This document shows positions 55,300 through 64,000 of a DNA stretch of 64,000 nt, one piece after another. Both the position numbers and the translations under genes were made by a program. Source of the stretch: Candidatus Eiseniibacteriota bacterium (GTDB taxonomy: Bacteria > Eisenbacteria > RBG-16-71-46); NCBI GenBank assembly GCA_035712145.1, contig DASTBI010000096.1, positions 16,513 to 80,512 on the forward strand, given 5' to 3'. Positions within the stretch are counted from its first letter, which is position 1; the number at the start of each line of letters is the position of its first letter. The notes under the pieces are model-generated. The model saw only the letters and a program-made list of their open reading frames with translations, searched no databases and had not been told where the DNA came from.

Positions 55300-56449
55300 A
55301 GCGCCTCAGCCGTACCAGGTCCTCTTTCCGATCGGAGTCGTGTTCGCTCTGATCGGCCTCGGCGCATGGCCCGCGCACGTCTTCGGGCTCTTGCCTTATC
55401 CGGGCGCGCTGCACCGGAGCCTGATGATCCAGGGCTTCGAGACCAGCTTCATCCTCGGCTTCCTCCTCACCGCGATGCCGGCCTTCACGCACGGGCCCCG
55501 CTGCCATCCGCTCGAGCTGGCATGGGGCGTGTTCTCGATGGTGGGCTTCGGCGTCGCCGCCTTCTTCGCCGACGAGACCGCGGCGCAAGAGTTCTTCCTC
55601 TTCGCTCTCACGCTGCCACTCTTCGCCGGTGGCCGGCGCGTCCTCGGGAATCCGCAGAAGCCGCCGGAAGAGTTCGCCTTCGTCGCGTTCGGACTGGCGC
55701 TCGGGCTCCTGGGCGGCGCGCTGCGGCTCGCCGAGTCGCTGGGCGTCGTGTTTTCGCTGCCGGCGCGCTTGCCGGAGCGCCTGCTCTCGCTCGGCATGGT
55801 CCTGTCTCTGGTGGTGGGCGTGGGAAGCCTCCTCGTCCCCACCTTTGCGGGAATGCGCGATCCACTGGTGATTCCCGGTGTGGCGAAGGCCCACGAGCGC
55901 GCCGGGCGCCGTGCGTTGTACGCGGTGATGATGGCGGTGCTCGCGCTGGCCTTCGTCCTGGAGAGCGCCCATCGGCCGACCCTCGGCATGGCCATGCGGG
56001 CCACGGCAGTCACCGTGATGGTGACCTGGGTGTGGAAGCTCTACCGGCTGCCGCGACGGGATGCCGCCGGATTCGTGCTTTGGGGCGCGGGGTGGTTCCT
56101 GCCGCTGGGGCTCCTGGGCGCGACGCTCGATCCGCTGCACGCCGTCGCCCTGCTCCACTTCACCTACATGGGAGGCTTCGCGCTGCTCACGATCGGGATC
56201 GGGACACGCGTCATCGTCTCGCACGGAGGACACGCGCTCGAGCTCGAGCGCCGCGTGCTCGATGTGCGGTGGCTGAGTCTGTTCCTCATCGCGCTGGCGC
56301 TTCGCGTCATCGCCGATTTCGCCACGGCGCACGTGGCCAGGGCATGGGCCGCGAGCGCGGTGCTGCTGATCGCCGCCTGCGGATGGTGGGCCTGGAGAGT
56401 CCTCTCGCTGCGATCGCAGCGACGCGAGGTCGGGCCGAAGACGGTCTAG
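55292..56449 (+). CDS. nnrS: NnrS family heme-copper membrane protein (NO-stress associated)
   Basis: The ~385-aa product has 12 TM segments with conserved His (HRSLMIQGFETSFILGFL, HGP..H) and sits in the denitrification context. Confidence 0.65.
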   Translation: MGRAPQPYQVLFPIGVVFALIGLGAWPAHVFGLLPYPGALHRSLMIQGFETSFILGFLLTAMPAFTHGPRCHPLELAWGVFSMVGFGVAAFFADETAAQEFFLFALTLPLFAGGRRVLGNPQKPPEEFAFVAFGLALGLLGGALRLAESLGVVFSLPARLPERLLSLGMVLSLVVGVGSLLVPTFAGMRDPLVIPGVAKAHERAGRRALYAVMMAVLALAFVLESAHRPTLGMAMRATAVTVMVTWVWKLYRLPRRDAAGFVLWGAGWFLPLGLLGATLDPLHAVALLHFTYMGGFALLTIGIGTRVIVSHGGHALELERRVLDVRWLSLFLIALALRVIADFATAHVARAWAASAVLLIAACGWWAWRVLSLRSQRREVGPKTV

Positions 56450-59064
56450 CGGATCTTCACCACCCTCGAGCTTCTGCTCTCGCCGCCGCTCACGGCCCGC
56501 ACGAAGTAGATCCCCGGGCTCGCGTCGCGACCTTCGCTCGAGCGGCCTTCCCAGGTGAGCACGCGCGTGCCGGCCTCGGCCCGGCCTTCGAAGACGCGGG
56601 CCACGTGCCGCCCCTGCAGGTCGAGCACGTCGACCACCGCGTGCCCCGCGTTCGACATCTCGAGCACGAAGCTCACCCGGCCGGAAGCGGGGTTTGGCCA
56701 CGGCGAGCGGAGCCCCAGCCGAGCCGGAAGCTCACCGGGGAATGGCGCAGCGCCGAGCGCCTGCTGGGTCGCGTCGTAGAGCGTGAGATCGTCGATGGCC
56801 GCTTCCACGACCGAATACGCGCTCTTCTCGGAGGCCACGAAGCGCACCTTGACCTGCGCGGTGGGCGCCACGTGATCGGCGATGCGGACCGCGCCTTCCT
56901 GCCAGTGGGCGTGCATGCCGGTGATGCGCTTCGCCAGCGTCCAGCTGCCGCCGTTGTTGCCGCTCATCAGCACGTCGAGGTAGTCGCCGGCATCGTTGGT
57001 GTTGGTGAAGAACCAGAACCAGAAGCCGATCGTGGGCATGGCCATGCCGGTCGCGTCCAACGCCGGGCTGGTCAGCGTCGTGAGGCCGTCGAGATCGTGA
57101 CCTTCGATGTCGGTGGACAGCGTGCCCTGGCCGGTCACGAAGCAGCGCGTGCCATTGGGCGTGCGATCGTTCTCCGGCTGCACCGGGCCGGGATACAGGC
57201 CCTCCGCCTCGCGATGTCCCTCGTGCGCCAGCGGGACCCCGGGACGCGTGAACGCGCCGGTCACGGGAGGCGACGTCATCGACACGGGCCCCTGATCCGC
57301 GACCTGGGTGCCGAGCGGATCGACCCACTGCCATTGCCCCGAGATGTTGTCGTTCGCGTCGTCTCCCGGCGCTCCCACCGTCCAGCCGGCCGACGATTCG
57401 ATCGGATTCCAGAGCGCGACGGGCGGCAGCGTGAATGACAGATCCGTCGGTCCCGGGCCGATCGTGCGCACGAAGCGGAGCGGGATGTACCCGGGAGCGG
57501 TGACGTTGACGCCATACGGGCCGACCGGGACGTCGCTCAGCTCGAAGTGCCCGCTGGCATCGGTGTGCGTGTGCAGGTTCGTGTCGTCGAGCGAGATCCC
57601 CGCCTCCTCCAGCGGGCCTTGTCCCCCCTGCACCATGCCGGTGAAGTCGGCCCTGGCGAGCGGCGCCAGCGTCACGGTCACGGTCTCGCGCACGGCGATG
57701 ACGGCGTTGCGCGTGATCTGCGCGTTCGCGTACCCGAAGCGCTTGGCGGTGATGGTGTGCGAGCCCGGGTCGAGCGCGAACACCGCGACTCCAAAGGCGG
57801 TGGTGGTGAGCGACTCCTGCGCGGCGCCGCGATAGAGCGTTGCGCCCGCGATCGGCTGCCCGTTGCTCGAGTCCACCACTTTGACCCGCAGCAGGCCGTA
57901 GTCGCGGCGCGGGCGATACACCCAGAGTCCGGTCTGCATGTCGCTCGCGATCACGGTGCCGGAAGGAAAGTACGGGCACACCGCCCATACGCCGTCGTAG
58001 TTGCCCGAGGGACCGGCGTAGGAATCCGCGAAGCCGAACTCCGCCGGATGACCGGGATCGCTGGCGTCGAGCACGCGGATCCCCTCGGTGTAGTTCGACA
58101 CGTAGATCTCGTCGTCCTTCACGTGGACGTTGTGGACGATGGCCGCGGGATTGGAGGTGTAGCGGTTGAAGAGAACCGGGGCCGAGAGGTTGGAGATGTC
58201 GAAGATCTTGAGCGGCTCGCCGTTCTTCTCGTCGGTGATGTAGAGCCAGTTGCCGGTCTTGTCGGGCCAGGAGTTGTGGGTGAAGCCGCCGGGATAGTGC
58301 CAGGCCGCGATCTGGACGGGTGCTCCGGGATTCGTGAAGTCGAAGATGCGGTGGATCCCGTAGTAGATCGACGAGGCGTAGAGGCGGTTGCCGATCGGCA
58401 CGCTGTCGTGCACGTACACCGAATCGTCGTTGCTCGGACCGATCGGTGTGCTGGGCCAGGTCGCGAGCGGCGCGGGCGCTTCGGGACTGGCGAGCGAGAG
58501 GATCCGCATGCCCGAAGAGGGATAGGCGCCCAGCCCGGCGTTGTAGCGGGTGCCGTTGCAGACCAGGATCGCGCGCGTGGTATCCACCGACACGGTGTGG
58601 GACCGGGCGAAGCCGGTCGCATACGTCGACGCGAGCACCGGATGCTCGGGATCGGTCATGCGGATGATCTGGATGCCCTCGCCGGCCCCGAAGCCCTCGG
58701 TGACCACGTACATCCAGCTCCGGTACTGCTTCATCTCCCGCCATTTCGAGGCCGGACCGGGGATGAAGCCCACCTGGTAAGCGGCCGCTGGGTCGGTCAC
58801 GTTGTAGAAAGCGGTTCCCGTACCGGTGCCGATCACGGCGTATTCCCTGCCGTCGTGGTGTATGTAGGACCAGCACGACGAGTAGTTCCAGTTCCCGGGA
58901 GACGGGTTGGCCGGAGGGTAGTTGTCGAAGTGCGCCTTGAGCTCGAAGTTACGCAGGGTCAAGGCTCGGCCCGGGACCGGAGCGAGCAAGGCGGCCAGGG
59001 CCGCGGCGCAGGTCAGGATACGGAGATGGGCGGCGCCTGGTGGTGACTTGATCCCAGGGGTCAT
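56446..59064 (-). CDS. Large secreted cell-surface protein with carboxypeptidase-regulatory-like domains and an FlgD-Ig/T9SS-type C-terminal sorting domain
   Basis: It has a signal peptide and CarbopepD_reg-like segments (LLRVKVVDSSNGQPIAGATLY; GHFELSDVPVGPYGVNVTAPGY). The C-terminus is WPNPASGRVSFVLE...GIYFVRAVSGG...VVKIR. Confidence 0.7.
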   Translation of the reverse strand: MTPGIKSPPGAAHLRILTCAAALAALLAPVPGRALTLRNFELKAHFDNYPPANPSPGNWNYSSCWSYIHHDGREYAVIGTGTGTAFYNVTDPAAAYQVGFIPGPASKWREMKQYRSWMYVVTEGFGAGEGIQIIRMTDPEHPVLASTYATGFARSHTVSVDTTRAILVCNGTRYNAGLGAYPSSGMRILSLASPEAPAPLATWPSTPIGPSNDDSVYVHDSVPIGNRLYASSIYYGIHRIFDFTNPGAPVQIAAWHYPGGFTHNSWPDKTGNWLYITDEKNGEPLKIFDISNLSAPVLFNRYTSNPAAIVHNVHVKDDEIYVSNYTEGIRVLDASDPGHPAEFGFADSYAGPSGNYDGVWAVCPYFPSGTVIASDMQTGLWVYRPRRDYGLLRVKVVDSSNGQPIAGATLYRGAAQESLTTTAFGVAVFALDPGSHTITAKRFGYANAQITRNAVIAVRETVTVTLAPLARADFTGMVQGGQGPLEEAGISLDDTNLHTHTDASGHFELSDVPVGPYGVNVTAPGYIPLRFVRTIGPGPTDLSFTLPPVALWNPIESSAGWTVGAPGDDANDNISGQWQWVDPLGTQVADQGPVSMTSPPVTGAFTRPGVPLAHEGHREAEGLYPGPVQPENDRTPNGTRCFVTGQGTLSTDIEGHDLDGLTTLTSPALDATGMAMPTIGFWFWFFTNTNDAGDYLDVLMSGNNGGSWTLAKRITGMHAHWQEGAVRIADHVAPTAQVKVRFVASEKSAYSVVEAAIDDLTLYDATQQALGAAPFPGELPARLGLRSPWPNPASGRVSFVLEMSNAGHAVVDVLDLQGRHVARVFEGRAEAGTRVLTWEGRSSEGRDASPGIYFVRAVSGGESRSSRVVKIR

Positions 59065-59149
59065 GTGCGGGACGAATGATAGGGCCTCCCGTCCCCGCTC
59101 TGCTAGAGTCGGCAGCCCAGGAATACGGCCGTGGAGGGCGTTGCCTCAC

Positions 59150-60097
59150 TTGAAGCGTTCGATCCTGCTGTGCGTCAGCGTCTTGGCTCTGGTCACCGGC
59201 TGCGGGGAAGAGACCTTCGAGGCACCACCGGACTGCACCGGCCGTTTTCTCGTGGCCTACGCGCGGATGCCGGCCCCCGATCAGGGTGACCTCTACCTCT
59301 TCGACCACGACGGCCTGGGGTTCCATCTGCTGCCCGGCATCAACAGCACCTCGCAGCAGGAGCTGAACCCCACGCTGAGCCGCAACGTGCGGTTCATCGC
59401 CTTCGAGCGCGTGCTGACGGTCTCGGACCACGACATCCTGGTCTACGACCGATGCCAGGCATCACTCGTGAACCCGCCCAACCTCAATACCACCGGCATC
59501 GAGCGCGACCCGGCATTCAGCGGCGACGGCAACAAGCTGGCGTTCGTGCGCGACACGCTCTCGCGGCGTGAAATTCGCCTCTACGACGGGGTCACCGACC
59601 GTCTGGTGCCGCTGCCCGGCATCGAAGGGAGCGGCAGCTACCTGGACTCGAGCCCCGTCATCAACCAGAACGCGACCCTGATCGTCTTTTCGCGGTTCCA
59701 GGCCGACGATGACGTGCTCGTCTACGACGCGGTGAACGACAGCCTGATCGACCTTCCGGATCTGGCATCGGCGGGGAGCGACGTGGATCCATCGATCACG
59801 CCGGACGGCCGCTACCTCGTGTTCGCCTCGGACCGCTCGAGCCCGGGGGACTACGATCTCTACCTCTACGATCTCCAGCTGCGCAGCTTCCTCACGCTGC
59901 CCGCCGCCGCCAACACGGCCATGACCGAGCGACACCCGAGCGTCAACTACAACACGGACCGCATCGTCTTCGAGTCGAACCGCACCGGGACCCAGGGAAG
60001 CATGGACATCTACCTGCTCACCCGCAGCTCGGGGAACGTCACTTCTTCAGGTTCATCGCCCACCACCGACGCCCAGCCATGGATCGCATGGCAATAG
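59150..60097 (+). CDS. TolB-like PD40 beta-propeller repeat lipoprotein
   Basis: The lipobox LVTGCG is present. PD40 repeats follow the pattern DxxPxxSxDGxxLxFxSxR (PAFSGDGNKLAFVRD; PSITPDGRYLVFASDR). A TTG start follows a GGAGGG RBS. Confidence 0.65.
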   Translation: MKRSILLCVSVLALVTGCGEETFEAPPDCTGRFLVAYARMPAPDQGDLYLFDHDGLGFHLLPGINSTSQQELNPTLSRNVRFIAFERVLTVSDHDILVYDRCQASLVNPPNLNTTGIERDPAFSGDGNKLAFVRDTLSRREIRLYDGVTDRLVPLPGIEGSGSYLDSSPVINQNATLIVFSRFQADDDVLVYDAVNDSLIDLPDLASAGSDVDPSITPDGRYLVFASDRSSPGDYDLYLYDLQLRSFLTLPAAANTAMTERHPSVNYNTDRIVFESNRTGTQGSMDIYLLTRSSGNVTSSGSSPTTDAQPWIAWQ

Positions 60098-60104
60098 GCC
60101 GCGC

Positions 60105-61100
60105 GTGATCCGAAGCTTCGGCCGCGCGCTCGGAATCGTCATCGCAGTCATCTTCGCGCCAGGCTGTGCCTCGAATTCCGATCCCAACCAGCCGGGCGAC
60201 GGCGACCGGCCACCGATTCGGATCGCCTTCCTCAGCGAGCGACCGCCGAGCCCCGCGTTCGCGAGCGACATCTACCTCTACGACGCGTCGACCGGAGGCC
60301 CCGCGTTTTCACCACCCAACCTGAATACCGCCAGCGTCGAGGGGCCGTGCGCGATCTCGGGCGATGGCCGCCATCTGGCCTTCTGGACCAACCGCCAGCC
60401 CACGGGCTCGCTCGCCGTCATGCTCCTCTACGACATCCAGACCGGCGCCATCACGCTGCCTCACTGGGCCACCACGCTCCAGCAGGTCAACAACCCCGCG
60501 CTCACCCGTGATGGCCGCTATCTCGCGTTCCAGTACCAGGTCGGCGGATCCGATCTGTTCATCGGGATGGAGGACCTGGTCGGGGACTCGCTGCTCCCGC
60601 TGCCCAGCCTGAACCAGCCCGGAGTCCTCAGCTTCGATCCATCGCTGAGCGCCGACGGCAAGCTCATGGCTTTCGCGTCCGTTCGATCCGGCGGCGGCGG
60701 CGGCGGCTTCGATCTCTTCCTCTACTCGGTGCCGGGAGACAGCCTGATCCCGCTGCCCGGGATCAATTCGCCGGCCAGCGATCTCGCCCCGTCCCTGAGC
60801 GGAGACGGTCGCTACCTCGCGTTTCAGTCGGGCCGCGTGGGGCAGAATGGCGGCGTGCTCGATGTGTTCCTCTACGACCGGCAAACGCAGAGCCTGGTGT
60901 CGCTTCCGGGCGCCAACACGGCGCTCGCCGACTATCTCCCTTCGCTCTCGCCCGACGGCCGTTACCTGGTGTACACCACGGACTCCTTTGGCGGGCGCGA
61001 CATCCGCGTCTACGACATCGGCGCCAGGCGGCTCCTGAACCTTCCGAAACTCAATGATCCCTACTTCTACGATTACTTTCCGTCGGTCGCCAATCCCTGA
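60105..61100 (+). CDS. TolB-like PD40 beta-propeller repeat lipoprotein (tandem paralog)
   Basis: The lipobox FAPGCAS is present. Repeats include PALTRDGRYLAFQ, PSLSADGKLMAFAS, PSLSGDGRYLAFQS and PSLSPDGRYLVYTTD. Confidence 0.7.
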   Translation: MIRSFGRALGIVIAVIFAPGCASNSDPNQPGDGDRPPIRIAFLSERPPSPAFASDIYLYDASTGGPAFSPPNLNTASVEGPCAISGDGRHLAFWTNRQPTGSLAVMLLYDIQTGAITLPHWATTLQQVNNPALTRDGRYLAFQYQVGGSDLFIGMEDLVGDSLLPLPSLNQPGVLSFDPSLSADGKLMAFASVRSGGGGGGFDLFLYSVPGDSLIPLPGINSPASDLAPSLSGDGRYLAFQSGRVGQNGGVLDVFLYDRQTQSLVSLPGANTALADYLPSLSPDGRYLVYTTDSFGGRDIRVYDIGARRLLNLPKLNDPYFYDYFPSVANP

Positions 61101-61112
61101 CCGGAGTCGGGC

Positions 61113-62585
61113 ATGACGACTCGTCGCGATTTCCTGCGCCGTATCTCGCTGGCCACCGCCGCCGCCATGGCGCCGACCGGTCTCGAGGCGCTCTGCGCCC
61201 GGATGGCCTCGGGGAAGAGCATCCAGTCTTCGGGCTTCGGCCGGCTCGTCGCCGATCCTTCGGGATTGCTCGATCTGCCCGAAGGCTTCCGTTACCGCTC
61301 CTTCTCGAGCGCGCGCCTCGGCACCACTTCGGACATGCAGTTCAGTCAGACGCTCTCGAACCGCGAGCCGGTTCCGGCGCTCCATGACGGCATGGCGGTC
61401 TTTACCGGCCGCGACGGAATGATGGTGCTCGTGCGCAATCACGAGATGGATCCCGGCCAGATCCCCGCCGTGGCGCCTGGCCGCACGCCGCGCTGGGACC
61501 GCCTCGGCACGGGCGGCACGACGACCCTGTGGGTGAACGCGAACGGCGAGCTGGTGCGGAGCTTCGCGAGCCTCGCCGGCACCTTCCGGAATTGCGCCGG
61601 AGGCGCCACGCCGTGGGGCTCGTGGCTCACGGCGGAGGAGTGCGTCTACACGCCGGGCCCTGTGGATCCCCACGTGCACCATCAGCGCCCCGACGTGGCC
61701 GAGGCTCACGGGTACATCTTCGAAGTCGATTCGCGCGCCGAGGACCTGGTGCCGCCGAGGCCCATTCGCGGCATGGGCCGCTTCTATCACGAGGCGCTGG
61801 TGGTCGACCCGGTGACGGGATTCGTGTACCTCACCGAGGACCGCACCGACGGCCTCTTCTACCGCTATCGGCCGCACCTGATCACGTCGCGGCGCAAGAA
61901 ACCGGGCGAGCTGACCACCTTCGATCTCCACGAAGGCGGCGTGCTCGAGGCGCTGCGGCTCCCGGACCATCCCAAAGCACGGACGCAGAACCACGAGGAC
62001 GGTCCGCCGCGGTTCACTCCCGGAAAGTGGATGCGCATCGACTGGGTCGCCATTCCCGATCCGGAGCCCAAGGTCGACATGGAGCGAGATCCCAACGACC
62101 GCGAGCGCGATCCGACGAAGCGGGTGGGGCGCACCGCCTCGGGCTCCACGCGCGCGCAGGGCACGGCGCTCGGCGCCGCGCAGTTCTCGCGCTGCGAAGG
62201 CATCACCCGCATGGGACGGCATCTCTACTTCTGCGCCACCAACGGGGGCAGCGCCGGCGCGGGTCAGGTGTGGAAGCTCGACCTCGGCGGCAACCGCCTG
62301 TCGCTCGTGCTCGAGCCCAACGATCGCAATCTCCTCGACGGTCCCGACAATCTCGCGGTCGCGCCAAACGGCGATCTGCTGGCGTGCGAGGACGGCACCG
62401 GCGAGAACTTCGTGGTCGGCATCACGCCGCGCGGCACCTGCTATCACTTCGCGCGGAACGCCTACAATCGCAGCGAATTCGCCGGCGCCTGCTTCTCGGC
62501 CGACGGGCGCACGCTGTTCCTGAACATCCAGGACCCGGGTGTCACCTTCGCCATCCAGGGTCCCTGGCAGGGCCGCAAGGCCTGA
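61113..62585 (+). CDS. Tat-exported PhoX-family (DUF839) phosphatase
   Basis: It has a twin-arginine signal TTRRDFLRRISLATAAA, and beta-propeller PhoX motifs (NCAGGATPWGSWLTAEE; GLFYRYRP). Confidence 0.75.
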   Translation: MTTRRDFLRRISLATAAAMAPTGLEALCARMASGKSIQSSGFGRLVADPSGLLDLPEGFRYRSFSSARLGTTSDMQFSQTLSNREPVPALHDGMAVFTGRDGMMVLVRNHEMDPGQIPAVAPGRTPRWDRLGTGGTTTLWVNANGELVRSFASLAGTFRNCAGGATPWGSWLTAEECVYTPGPVDPHVHHQRPDVAEAHGYIFEVDSRAEDLVPPRPIRGMGRFYHEALVVDPVTGFVYLTEDRTDGLFYRYRPHLITSRRKKPGELTTFDLHEGGVLEALRLPDHPKARTQNHEDGPPRFTPGKWMRIDWVAIPDPEPKVDMERDPNDRERDPTKRVGRTASGSTRAQGTALGAAQFSRCEGITRMGRHLYFCATNGGSAGAGQVWKLDLGGNRLSLVLEPNDRNLLDGPDNLAVAPNGDLLACEDGTGENFVVGITPRGTCYHFARNAYNRSEFAGACFSADGRTLFLNIQDPGVTFAIQGPWQGRKA

Positions 62586-63178
62586 CCGCAGGCCCACTTA
62601 ACCCATTGCAATTATTTTGCTTGGATCATCGACTGCACCCTTGTGCCCTAGCTTCCTCTTTCTTATGATGGGCGCGTCGAAACGAACCCACGGAAGGCCC
62701 GCCTCGCTCGCCCTCGCGAGCGCCCGGAACGTCGCCAAGGCGCGGCAAGCAGGAGAGATCTCATGGGTGTCCCATCGAAGAACGTCACCAGCGTTTTCGC
62801 TCGAGCTCGCCGGTCCGGCGTCTCTTGCGCCATGCGCCGAAATGTCCGGAGCGCGCAGGAAGACGTGGCGAGCCAAGGATCGACGACTCGGCCTCGCGAT
62901 GCGATGTTTGCTGGACGGAATCGCGGTGCGTGGACCGCAGCCGCATTTCGCGTGAGGAATTTCGGTCTTGATGCGGCAACGCGCATCGGTGGTATAAAGC
63001 TCGGCACCGTTTGCGACGGGATCACTTCTCTCGCGCGCTCGGCGAATCACCTTCCAATCACGCAGACGACAGGTCTTCAGCCAGAGTCGGTGCGGGCGAG
63101 GCCGAGCCTCCTCAATCCCCCTCGGGGGGCACGGCATCGCGAGAACATGGAAGGCAGCACTCGACAGGGAGGTCCGCA

Positions 63179-64000
63179 ATGACTCAAATGCTCGACAAGG
63201 CCATGGCCTCTTCCAGCTCCAGCAGTGGAGCCGCGCCCACCAAGGCAGGCCTCCGCGTGCCCCGTCGCTACACCAGGCCCGGAGTGAATCCTCTCGACGA
63301 GGTCCGGTGGGACAAGCGGCGCACGGTGATCACGAATCCCGACGGCTCCGTGGTGTTCCAGATGGACGACGTCGAGGTGCCCGAGGAGTGGTCACAGCTC
63401 GCCACCGACATCGTGGTGAGCAAGTACTTCCGCAAGGCGGGCGTGCCCCAGACCGGACACGAAGTCAGCGTGCGCCAGGTGGTGCACCGCCTCGCCCACA
63501 CCATTCGCGCATGGGGCGAAGCGCAGCGCGTGTACTTCGTGGGCTCCGAAGACGCGGAGGCGTTCGAGGCCGAGCTGGCCTACATGCTGGTCCACCAGAT
63601 CGGCGCCTTCAATTCGCCGGTGTGGTTCAACTGCGGGCTCCACCACGAGTACGGCATCAGCGGCTCGGGCGGGAACTATTTCTTCGACCCCGACACGCGC
63701 ACCGTCAAGACCACGGCCGACTCCTACTCGAGGCCTCAGGTGTCGGCGTGCTTCATTCAGTCGATCGGCGACGACCTCATGTCGATCTTCGAGCTCGCCC
63801 GCAACGAAGCCCGGGTGTTCAAGTACGGCTCCGGCACCGGCACCAACTTCTCGAAGCTGCGGGGACGCATGGAGAAGCTGTCGGGCGGCGGCACGTCGTC
63901 CGGGCTCATGAGCTTCCTCGAGGTGCTCGACAGGGGCGCCGGCGCCACCAAGTCGGGGGGCACCACGCGCCGCGCGGCCAAGATGGTCGTGCTCGACCTC
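63179..64000 (+). CDS. nrdJ: Adenosylcobalamin-dependent ribonucleotide reductase NrdJ (class II), 5' part, continuing beyond the window
   Basis: I translated it by hand: MTQMLDKA...SACFIQSIGDDLMSIFELARNEARVFKYGSGTGTNFSKLRGR...GGGTSSGLMSFLEVLD. The ACFI and GSGTGxNFS active-site motifs are present. A GGGAGG RBS is present, and there is no stop codon before the window ends. Confidence 0.8.
   Translation, partial: MTQMLDKAMASSSSSSGAAPTKAGLRVPRRYTRPGVNPLDEVRWDKRRTVITNPDGSVVFQMDDVEVPEEWSQLATDIVVSKYFRKAGVPQTGHEVSVRQVVHRLAHTIRAWGEAQRVYFVGSEDAEAFEAELAYMLVHQIGAFNSPVWFNCGLHHEYGISGSGGNYFFDPDTRTVKTTADSYSRPQVSACFIQSIGDDLMSIFELARNEARVFKYGSGTGTNFSKLRGRMEKLSGGGTSSGLMSFLEVLDRGAGATKSGGTTRRAAKMVVLDL

Noticed and set aside
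56732-58876. 714-aa minus-strand ORF in an alternate frame of the 872-aa surface protein.
   Set aside because: The 872-aa frame carries the signal peptide, CarbopepD_reg-like segments and the C-terminal sorting domain. The alternate frame is Arg/Gly-rich noise.
62586-63178. Cobalamin riboswitch upstream of nrdJ.
   Set aside because: I could not find the conserved B12-box core (…GCCACTG…) by eye. It is kept only as a low-specificity hypothesis in the findings.
62598-63179. 193-aa minus-strand ORF in the nrdJ leader.
   Set aside because: It has no RBS, no motifs and atypical composition. The region is more plausibly a regulatory leader.
1-64000. CRISPR arrays, tRNA/rRNA genes, transposases and integrases.
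   Set aside because: No regular repeat-spacer periodicity, no tRNA-like cloverleaf candidates in the intergenic regions I examined, and no recombinase motifs in any frame.

Overview
Summary: this is a very GC-rich (~70%, estimated by eye) bacterial chromosomal segment. Almost every ORF has a long antisense or alternate-frame shadow ORF, so I made calls from protein motifs rather than ORF length.

The 5' end is the classic origin-proximal operon, all on the minus strand: rpmH, rnpA, yidD, yidC, jag, mnmE, mnmG, rsmG, parA and a partial parB. There is no dnaA next to rpmH.

The middle carries, in order:
- a HEAT-repeat protein translationally coupled to an HD-GYP phosphodiesterase;
- a GAF sensor histidine kinase;
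- a GT-C/TPR membrane protein, an esterase and an ABC transporter;
- a receiver-like gene and a small zinc-ribbon ORF ahead of queE-queC-queD (queuosine precursor synthesis);
- an epimerase and a transglycosylase fusion;
- many secreted proteins and lipoproteins.

Two large secreted proteins end in an FlgD-Ig/T9SS-like C-terminal sorting domain, which suggests a Gemmatimonadota/FCB-like lineage.

The 3' third holds a complete clade-II (Sec-type) nitrous-oxide reductase cluster:
- a Crp/Fnr regulator divergently upstream of a Dnr/FNR-type palindrome;
- a hemerythrin, a lipoprotein cytochrome c, nosZ and a NosB-like membrane protein;
- nosD, nosF, nosL, an unassigned 135-aa ORF, nosY and nnrS.

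Upstream of it on the opposite strand sit a pentaheme cytochrome c, a His-rich 3-TM protein, a CDF metal exporter and a CPA2 antiporter.

The window ends with a 593-nt leader followed by a partial class II ribonucleotide reductase (nrdJ). I found no CRISPR array, rRNA, tRNA, transposase or integrase.
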